A stretch of 64,000 nt of DNA from an uncultured Oscillospiraceae bacterium (lineage in GTDB: Bacteria > Bacillota > Clostridia > UMGS1883): contig CAYMHB010000002.1 in NCBI GenBank assembly GCA_964390145.1, positions 33,714-97,713 of the forward strand. The letters run 5' to 3'. A program made the position numbers and the translations under genes. The notes beneath the pieces are model-generated. The model was not told the origin of the DNA and ran no database searches. It was given only the letters and a program-made list of their open reading frames with translations. Positions 10,001 through 15,918 of the stretch are shown one piece after another (the first letter of the stretch is position 1; every line of letters begins with the position of its first letter).

Positions 10001-11010
10001 GTCCCAAGGAAATTGAGAAGTTTATCAGACTTCATCGTCGTGCGCTTCAGCTCAGCATTGCGTGTCTTACATCGCTTGATACTGCACACGCACTTGCGGA
10101 CATTCTCCTCAGCCGTTTCAATCAGTACAATACCGAACTTACAGATATAGCGAAACTTCGTACGGAAAAGCTTAACATACCCTTTATCAAAATGCAGGGT
10201 ACGGGCGATGACTATATCTTCATCAACAACTTTGACGGTAAGATTGCATTCCCCGAGGCTCTTGCTATCGTATTCTCCGACCGTCACAGAGGTATCGGTG
10301 CAGACGGACTTGTTCTTATTGAAAAGTCAGAGGTTGCCGATGCGAAGATGCGTATATTCAACACAGACGGCAGCGAAGGTAAAATGGCAGGCAACTCCAT
10401 CCGCTGCGTAGGTAAGTATCTCTATGATAACGGATATACAACTCACCGCCATATCACAATCGAAACTGCAAGCGGTATCAGAAAGCTTACCCTTCATCTG
10501 TTCGACCACAAGGTTACAAGCGTAACTGTTCAGATGGGCGATCCTCAGTTTGATCCGAAAGCTATTCCCGTTGATATGCCCGGTGATAAGGTTATAAACG
10601 AAAAGGTTACCATCGGCGGCAAGGATTACAACATCACTTGTCTTTCTATCGGTAATCCGCACTGCGTAGTTATCTGTGATAATGTTTACAACATTGATGT
10701 TAAAACAATCGGTCCCCGTTTTGAAAACGCATCTGTCTTCCCTGAAAGAATCAATACTGAATTTGTCAAGATTATTGACAAGCGCACAATCAGAATGAGA
10801 GTATGGGAACGCGGTAACGGCGAAACACAGGCTTGCGGTACAGGTGCCGTAGCGGCAGCAATTGCGGCAGTTGAAAACGGATACTGCGAAAAGGATACAG
10901 ATATCAGCGTAAGAGTTGAGGGTGGCGAACTTATCGTCCGCTACACAGACGAAGGCGTATTCCTCACAGGCGATGCTGAAAAGGTATTCGAGGGAATTTA
11001 CGAATACTAA
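7006..11010 (+). CDS. carB: Carbamoyl-phosphate synthase large subunit fused in frame to a DapF-like (diaminopimelate epimerase fold) domain
   Basis: 1334-aa uninterrupted ORF. Residues 1 to ~1056 form a complete CarB: two ATP-grasp repeats and an MGS-like allosteric domain. Residues ~1057-1334 align end to end with DapF. Confidence 0.9.
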   Translation: MPKNKDIKKVLVIGSGPIVIGQAAEFDYAGAQACRVLRDEGVNIVLVNSNPATIMTDKALADEIYLEPLTTDTIKRIIEKERPDSLLASLGGQTGLTIAMQLDKEGYLDKMGVKLIGTNAEAIDRAEDRELFKETMLKIGQSCIPSDIATTVDDSLAIAEKIGYPVIVRPAFTLGGAGGGVAYDRDTLAKIANNGLTLSPITQVLIEKYIYGWKEVEFEVMRDHAGNAITICSMENVDPVGIHTGDSIVVAPAATLSDKEYSMLRKAALDIITELKIEGGCNCQFALNPDSFEYAVIEVNPRVSRSSALASKATGYPIAKVTTKIALGYTLDEIKNDVTGVTYACFEPAVDYMVVKFPKWPFDKFVYADRKLGTQMKATGEVMSIGNSFESALMKAIRGAELKTETLFHKEVHAIEDIEKKLYDLDDLRIFTVYEALVRGISVDRINEITRIDKWFLSKIKNIVDYEKSILGNLTEELYEKGKKLGFTDKALEEISGCKVPTHKNCVYKMVDTCGGEFAAKTPYFYSTYDEKCEARAVSTNNKKVIVLGSGPIRIGQGIEFDYSSVHCVWALKDMGYEVIIINNNPETVSTDFDTADRLYFEPLTPEDVMNVIEVEKPEGVVVAFGGQTAIKLVKFLDESGIKILGTSAKSIDMAEDREQFDALLEKFNIKRPSGLSVMTKEEALSAAETLGYPVLLRPSYVIGGQNMTIAYKEEDVVQYMDIILAQKIENPVLVDKYMMGKELEVDIISDGKDVLIPGIMEHVERAGVHSGDSIAVYPPFNVTDKMLDKIVDCSTKLALSLKTQGLINIQYVIYDNELYVIEVNPRASRTVPYISKVTGIPMIDLATQVMQGAPLLSLGYGSGLYKMPPYYAVKVPVFSFEKLSGINSILGPEMKSTGEVLGIGKTLNEALYKGLMAAGFNLESRGGVYISVDSKDKYDLIELAKKLHDAGLELYADEMNALIIDSLGIPVETVDGEKIYSLIESEKVGYIIHTNSGRPKEIEKFIRLHRRALQLSIACLTSLDTAHALADILLSRFNQYNTELTDIAKLRTEKLNIPFIKMQGTGDDYIFINNFDGKIAFPEALAIVFSDRHRGIGADGLVLIEKSEVADAKMRIFNTDGSEGKMAGNSIRCVGKYLYDNGYTTHRHITIETASGIRKLTLHLFDHKVTSVTVQMGDPQFDPKAIPVDMPGDKVINEKVTIGGKDYNITCLSIGNPHCVVICDNVYNIDVKTIGPRFENASVFPERINTEFVKIIDKRTIRMRVWERGNGETQACGTGAVAAAIAAVENGYCEKDTDISVRVEGGELIVRYTDEGVFLTGDAEKVFEGIYEY
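10174..11010 (+). other. DapF-like C-terminal domain of the carB ORF (first catalytic Cys replaced by Ala)
   Basis: Contains IPFIKMQGTGDDY, FNTDGSEGKMAGNSIRC, GNPHCV, NTEFV and RVWERGNGETQACGTGA. Canonical DapF has (M/N)CGNG(I/L)RC where this domain reads MAGNSIRC. Confidence 0.8.
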
Positions 11011-11095
11011 TTCAAATGAGAAAGTTTTATTTTACAAAAGCATTTATGAATATTGATGTATAAAATCAATAAATTTTCGCATATTTTCAAAATTT

Positions 11096-11114
11096 TATGA
11101 ATTTTTATGCAAAA
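11096..11114 (+). promoter_or_regulatory. ARG-box-like operator upstream of argG
   Basis: TATGAATTTTTATGCAAAA is a near copy of the block at 410-428. An additional box-like TTCAAAATTTTATGAA overlaps it just upstream. Confidence 0.45.
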
Positions 11115-11118
11115 AGGC

Positions 11119-11147
11119 TTGCATAATTATACACTAAGTGTTATACT
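11119..11147 (+). promoter_or_regulatory. Sigma-A type promoter for argG-argH
   Basis: TTGCAT (11119-11124), 17-bp spacer, TATACT (11142-11147). Confidence 0.55.
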
Positions 11148-11189
11148 GTTATCAATTAAGAAGTACACTATATAGAAGGAGTTTTCAAA

Positions 11190-12413
11190 ATGGATAAGAA
11201 AGATATCAAAAAGGTAGTTCTCGCCTACTCAGGCGGTCTCGACACATCAATCATCATTCCGTGGCTTAAGGAAAACTACAACAACTGTGAAGTTGTTGCA
11301 GTTGCAGGTAACGTTGGTCAGAACGACGAGCTTGACGGCCTTGAAGAAAAGGCTATTAAGACAGGTGCATCAAAGCTTTATGTACTTGACCTTACAGATG
11401 ATTATGTAGATAACTACATCATCCCCACTATGAAGGCAGGCGCAATTTACGAGGAATACCTTCTCGGTACAAGCCATGCACGTCCCTGTATTGCAAAGGG
11501 TCTTGTTGACATCGCAATCAAGGAAAACGCAGACGCTATCTGCCATGGCTGTACAGGTAAGGGTAATGATCAGGTTCGTTTCGAGCTTGCTATCAAGCAC
11601 TTTGCTCCCGAGATGCCCATTATCGCTCCCTGGCGTGAATGGGACATCAAGTCTCGTGACGAAGAAATCGATTACGCAGAGGCACACAATGTTCCCCTTA
11701 AGATAAACCGCGAAACAAACTACTCCAAGGATAAGAACCTCTGGCACCTCAGCCATGAAGGTCTTGACCTTGAAGATACAGGTAACGAACCGCAGTACGA
11801 AAAGGAAGGTTTCCTTGAAATGGGCGTATCTCCCGTTACTGCTCCCGATGAACCTACATATATCACAATTGATTTTGAAAAGGGTGTTCCCGTAGCATTC
11901 AACGACAAGAAGATGAGCGCGAAGGATATCATCCTTGCACTTAACGAAGTTGGCGGCAAGAACGGTATCGGTATCCTTGACATCGTTGAAAACCGTCTTG
12001 TTGGTATGAAGTGCCGTGGCGTATATGAAACTCCCGGTGGTGCTATTCTTTACAAGGCACACAGCGTACTTGAATCAATCTGTCTTGACAGAATGACACT
12101 TCATCACAAGCAGCGTCTTGCAATCACATTTGCAGAGCTTGTTTATGACGGTCAGTGGTTCACTCCTCTCCGCGAGGCACTTTCCGCATTTGTTGATAAG
12201 ACACAGGAAAATGTTACAGGTAAGGTAAGACTTAAACTTTACAAGGGTAACATGATTAACGCAGGTGTATGGAGCGATTACAGCCTTTACTCAGAAGAAA
12301 TCGCAACATTCGGCGAAAGCGATTACAACCAGAAGGATTCAGAAGGATTTATCAATCTTTATGGTCTTCCGATTGCAGTACAGGCTATGGTTGACGCTAA
12401 GAATAATAAGTAA
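11190..12413 (+). CDS. argG: Argininosuccinate synthase
   Basis: [12 protein letters not shown]-binding motif; 407 aa typical of ArgG. Confidence 0.95.
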   Translation: MDKKDIKKVVLAYSGGLDTSIIIPWLKENYNNCEVVAVAGNVGQNDELDGLEEKAIKTGASKLYVLDLTDDYVDNYIIPTMKAGAIYEEYLLGTSHARPCIAKGLVDIAIKENADAICHGCTGKGNDQVRFELAIKHFAPEMPIIAPWREWDIKSRDEEIDYAEAHNVPLKINRETNYSKDKNLWHLSHEGLDLEDTGNEPQYEKEGFLEMGVSPVTAPDEPTYITIDFEKGVPVAFNDKKMSAKDIILALNEVGGKNGIGILDIVENRLVGMKCRGVYETPGGAILYKAHSVLESICLDRMTLHHKQRLAITFAELVYDGQWFTPLREALSAFVDKTQENVTGKVRLKLYKGNMINAGVWSDYSLYSEEIATFGESDYNQKDSEGFINLYGLPIAVQAMVDAKNNK

Positions 12414-12483
12414 GAAACAACAATGTAGGGGTCGATGCCTTCATCCGCCCCTACAATTTTACATTTTACCGGAGGTAAATAAC

Positions 12484-13854
12484 ATGGACAAAATGTGGGC
12501 AGGGCGTTTTTCAAAGGCGCTCGATAAAGAAGCCGACGACTTTAACTCTTCCATACATTTTGACTGCAAGATGTATAGGCAGGATATTAAAGGCTCTGTT
12601 GCACACGCAACAATGCTTGCCGAGTGCAACATTATTTCAAAGAGTGATGCAGACACTATCATAAAAGGTCTTGAGGGCATTTTAGCCGACCTTGAAAGCG
12701 GTGCTCTCGGTTTTGATTTTGATGCGGAAGATATACATATGTTTGTTGAAGCAGAACTTACAAAACGTATCGGCGATATTGGTAAGCGCCTTCATACCGC
12801 AAGAAGCCGTAACGATCAGGTTGCGCTTGATATCCGTCTTTTTATGCGTGATGAGGCAAATGAGATTATCGCTCTTATAAAAAAGCTTCTCTCTGCAATT
12901 CTTGTTCAGGCTGAAGCAAACAAGGAGACAATTCTCCCGGGGTACACTCATCTTCAGCGTGCTCAACCGATTATGTTTGCACATCACTTGTGCGCATATG
13001 CTATGATGTTTATCCGTGATATCGGAAGAATTGAGGACGCGCTTGCGAGAATGAACTTCTCTCCCCTCGGGTCTTGTGCACTTGCAGGAACAACTTATGA
13101 AACAAACCGTGATATGACAGCAGAACTTCTGGGATTTGACGGAATTACACTCAATAGTATTGACGGCGTTTCGGACCGTGATTTCTGCGTTGAGCTGATG
13201 AGCGCGTTTGCGCTTATTATGACACATCTTTCAAGATTTGCCGAGGAAGTAATCCTCTGGTCATCGTGGGAATTCAAGTTTGTTGAGCTTGACGATTCAT
13301 ACACAACCGGCTCATCCATTATGCCGCAGAAGAAAAACCCCGATATGGCAGAGCTTGTCCGCGGTAAGACAGGCAGAGTGTATGGTGACCTTATGGCGAT
13401 GCTTACAATTCTTAAAGGTCTTCCCCTTGCGTACAACAAGGATATGCAGGAGGATAAGGAAGCAATTTTCGACAGCAGCGAGACCGTTAAAAAGTGTCTC
13501 AGCGTATTTGCTCCTATGATTGAAACAATGTCAGTGCGCGCAGACAAGATGTATGCTGCTGCAGGCGAAGGTTTTATCAATGCAACAGACCTTGCAGACT
13601 ACCTTGTTAAAAAGGGTCAGCCCTTCAGAAGCGCATATAAGACAGTTGGCCAGATTGTCGGCAAGTGTGTTGCTGAAAAGAAAACTCTTGAAACGCTGAC
13701 ACTTGCAGAATATAAAGAATTTGATAATCTTTTTGAAGAGGATTTATTCGGTGAAATTGACCTTAAGAACTGCGCTGAAAAGCGTATTTCCGCAGGCGGT
13801 ACATCAGTAGAGTCGATAAATAAACAGATTGAATATATAAAGAAATTTGTATAA
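12484..13854 (+). CDS. argH: Argininosuccinate lyase
   Basis: Starts MDKMWAGRFSK and carries the fumarate-lyase signature GSSIMPQKKNPD. The longer ORF from 12265 overlaps argG and was not used. Confidence 0.95.
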   Translation: MDKMWAGRFSKALDKEADDFNSSIHFDCKMYRQDIKGSVAHATMLAECNIISKSDADTIIKGLEGILADLESGALGFDFDAEDIHMFVEAELTKRIGDIGKRLHTARSRNDQVALDIRLFMRDEANEIIALIKKLLSAILVQAEANKETILPGYTHLQRAQPIMFAHHLCAYAMMFIRDIGRIEDALARMNFSPLGSCALAGTTYETNRDMTAELLGFDGITLNSIDGVSDRDFCVELMSAFALIMTHLSRFAEEVILWSSWEFKFVELDDSYTTGSSIMPQKKNPDMAELVRGKTGRVYGDLMAMLTILKGLPLAYNKDMQEDKEAIFDSSETVKKCLSVFAPMIETMSVRADKMYAAAGEGFINATDLADYLVKKGQPFRSAYKTVGQIVGKCVAEKKTLETLTLAEYKEFDNLFEEDLFGEIDLKNCAEKRISAGGTSVESINKQIEYIKKFV

Positions 13855-13955
13855 GAAGCGTGCCGCTTCACCCATTTCGCGTTCAAACCAAACTTAAAAC
13901 CAACAAATGTTGCTCGCGATAAAAACAAAAAACCACTATCAACCACATAATAAAA

Positions 13956-13987
13956 AGCCCTGAAAATTACAATTTTCAGGGCTTTTG
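13956..13987 (+). terminator. Rho-independent terminator after argH
   Basis: AGCCCTGAAAATT..AATTTTCAGGGCT stem followed by TTTT. Confidence 0.7.
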
Positions 13988-13996
13988 CTTGCTTTC

Positions 13997-14048
13997 GTTC
14001 AACACGCCCTCTACCGTACCCTCGTACGCCGACGAGTTCGTGTTGAAC
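13997..14048. repeat. Intergenic inverted-repeat hairpin element (10-bp arms GTTCAACACG/CGTGTTGAAC)
   Basis: The arms are perfect. The interior carries the core CGTACCCTCGTACGCC (14015-14030), which recurs at 56136-56151. Confidence 0.7.
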
Positions 14049-14131
14049 AAATTTACCTTCCTTTTTCCTCGTCCTTCAGCGTGCCGATAGGTTTATCGAC
14101 ACGCTGAAAGATGCTACGCAAGTAGCATCTT

Positions 14132-14557
14132 TTATTGTTTTAGTTTTAATTTTTGTAAAAGCCTTTTGGAATACCTTTTTATAACACGTTTATAAAGGGT
14201 TTTTTCGGCGAGTTTGGCATATTCCATAAACTCGCTATCTTCCCTGCCGATATATTTATCTCCCTGATAGAATCCCTCAAGTACGCCTACTATATCGCTT
14301 TCCTTTACGGTGGTTTCGAGTACTCCGCGGTTGTCGGCGCAGATGATATAGCCTTTTTTCGTAACCCTCACAATGCGATGCATAGTGTAGTGTCCCTGCT
14401 TTCTGTAAACGGGAATGTCGTGCTTCTTAAGAGGAAATACGGGCGGAACGATTACCACCTTATCGCGTCCCTCGATAAGCATAGGATTCATACTGTCACC
14501 CTTTGTCTGCGTTACGTATATTCCGTTTTGTTTTAAACTTTCCTCAAGACCCAGCAT
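14132..14557 (-). CDS. S24/S26-family peptidase-like protein (Ser/His type, no TM or HTH domain)
   Basis: 141 aa. GDSMNPML nucleophile motif. MHRIVRV occupies the position where LexA and SPase I have the catalytic Lys. Its ATG overlaps the upstream stop (TAATG). Confidence 0.65.
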   Translation of the reverse strand: MLGLEESLKQNGIYVTQTKGDSMNPMLIEGRDKVVIVPPVFPLKKHDIPVYRKQGHYTMHRIVRVTKKGYIICADNRGVLETTVKESDIVGVLEGFYQGDKYIGREDSEFMEYAKLAEKTLYKRVIKRYSKRLLQKLKLKQ

Positions 14558-15339
14558 TATTCCAACCCCAATAAATTTTTTGCATTGGTATAAAATATCT
14601 TTTCTTTTTCTTCTTCGGTAAGTGCAAGTGCCTCTATTTTTTCTGCCTCTTTTTTGAGAGATACTGCAGGGTAATCGCTACCGAAAAGAACTTTATCGGC
14701 GCCGTGCGCGCGAATCATATCAACCATTTTCTGCGGCTCTACTTCACACAGAGTGCTTGATGTATCAAACCACACATTTTTTCCGACAAGGCTTTTAGCC
14801 TCTTTATCCCAGGCGCTGTAGCCGCCCATATGTGCCGCAACAAATTTATGCTCGGGAAATTTTTCAAGAATTCTGGAAAGTCGCTCGGGGTTTGAAAAAT
14901 CAAGCTTCTTATCCCCTACATGAAGAACTATCGGATAATCACTGCCGATTTCTTCATACATAAAGAGCGCTTTGTCATCATCAATATTAAACGCCTGAAA
15001 ATCGGGGTGGAACTTAAACCCTTTCAGTCCGTGGTTTTTTATTCGCTGTATCTCACCCTTGATATCATCAAAATCGGGATGAACAGAGCCGAATACTATA
15101 AATCGCTCATCTCTTAAATTGAACAGGAAATCGTTATTTATAGTTACCTGCGTCGGCTTTGTCGGGGTGGAAAATATGACGGCCTTATAAAAGCCTGACT
15201 TTTCCATCTCGTTTTTCATATCGGTAAATGTACCGAGACATTCCCACGACATACCGTAGTGTTGCTCAAGATTGGCTATCGCAAGATGTGCAATCTTGGG
15301 ATTGAATATGTGTGCGTGAAAATCTATAATTTTTCTCAT
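14557..15339 (-). CDS. Amidohydrolase-2 family metal-dependent hydrolase (TIM barrel)
   Basis: 260 aa. Contains IDFHAHIF, a later HVGD and a C-terminal GSDYP, typical of the PF04909-type fold. Confidence 0.78.
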   Translation of the reverse strand: MRKIIDFHAHIFNPKIAHLAIANLEQHYGMSWECLGTFTDMKNEMEKSGFYKAVIFSTPTKPTQVTINNDFLFNLRDERFIVFGSVHPDFDDIKGEIQRIKNHGLKGFKFHPDFQAFNIDDDKALFMYEEIGSDYPIVLHVGDKKLDFSNPERLSRILEKFPEHKFVAAHMGGYSAWDKEAKSLVGKNVWFDTSSTLCEVEPQKMVDMIRAHGADKVLFGSDYPAVSLKKEAEKIEALALTEEEKEKIFYTNAKNLLGLE

Positions 15340-15359
15340 ATAAAGGACTTCTTTCTTAA

Positions 15360-15397
15360 AAAACTTTGTTGCAGTGAAAACTCACTGCAACAAAGCT
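15360..15397 (-). terminator. Rho-independent terminator after the HIT gene
   Basis: 14-bp perfect stem CTTTGTTGCAGTGA/TCACTGCAACAAAG followed by TTTTTT on the minus strand. Confidence 0.7.
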
Positions 15398-15439
15398 AAA
15401 ACTCATAATTTTGTCGCGAAATGATGACCTTGTCATCCG

Positions 15440-15781
15440 TTAGCCGGGAGGCCATTGGAGACTTCTTCCGCCAAGCATGTGGAAATGAAGATGACCGACT
15501 GTCTGTCCACCATCTTTTCCACAGTTGTTTACAATGCGGTAACCGCCTTCTGCGATGCCTTCTTCTTTTGCAATTTTTACCGCAACTGCGAAGATATGTC
15601 CTACGACTGAAGCGTTTTCTTCAGTAAGTTCATTTGCAGATGCAATATGCTCTTTCGGGATAATGAGAATATGCACAGGTGCCTGAGGCTCAATATCGCG
15701 GAATGCATATACAATCTCATCCTCATACACTTTTGATGAGGGAATTTCGCCTGCTGCTATTTTACAGAATAAACAATTCAT
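15440..15781 (-). CDS. HIT-family (histidine triad) nucleotide hydrolase
   Basis: MNCLFCKIAAGEIP start and the HLHFHMLGG triad. Confidence 0.9.
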   Translation of the reverse strand: MNCLFCKIAAGEIPSSKVYEDEIVYAFRDIEPQAPVHILIIPKEHIASANELTEENASVVGHIFAVAVKIAKEEGIAEGGYRIVNNCGKDGGQTVGHLHFHMLGGRSLQWPPG

Positions 15782-15804
15782 AATTACACCTCTTCTATCG
15801 GGAC

Positions 15805-15904
15805 GGGGACAGGTCAATTTTTGTGCACCTACGGATTACAAAAATGTCCCCATTGTTGGGGACAGGTCAATTTTTGTGCACCTACGGATTACAAAAATGT
15901 CCCC
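15805..15904. repeat. Tandem duplication of a 47-nt palindromic unit (15805-15851 and 15858-15904)
   Basis: Two identical copies of GGGGACAGGTCAATTTTTGTGCACCTACGGATTACAAAAATGTCCCC are separated by ATTGTT. Both are nested inside an outer 12-bp inverted repeat GGGACGGGGACA/TGTCCCCGTCCC. Confidence 0.9.
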
Positions 15905-15918
15905 GTCCCCTATACTTC

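Noticed and set aside
10192-11010. Internal ATG (10192) as an independent start of a separate dapF gene.
   Set aside because: No stop codon separates it from carB and no Shine-Dalgarno precedes it. Starting there would delete the conserved first beta-strand (IPFIK) of the DapF fold. The in-frame fusion is the simplest reading, though read-level confirmation is advised.
12265-12483. N-terminal extension of the argH ORF starting inside argG.
   Set aside because: The extension overlaps argG by ~150 nt and has no ArgH similarity. The conserved N-terminus MDKMWAGRFS begins at 12484, right after a GGAGG RBS.
15805-15904. Possible CRISPR array or tandem riboswitch.
   Set aside because: There are only two repeat copies, separated by 6 nt with no spacers, and no cas genes in the window. 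The unit does not resemble any riboswitch aptamer I know. It is reported as an unexplained tandem palindromic repeat instead.
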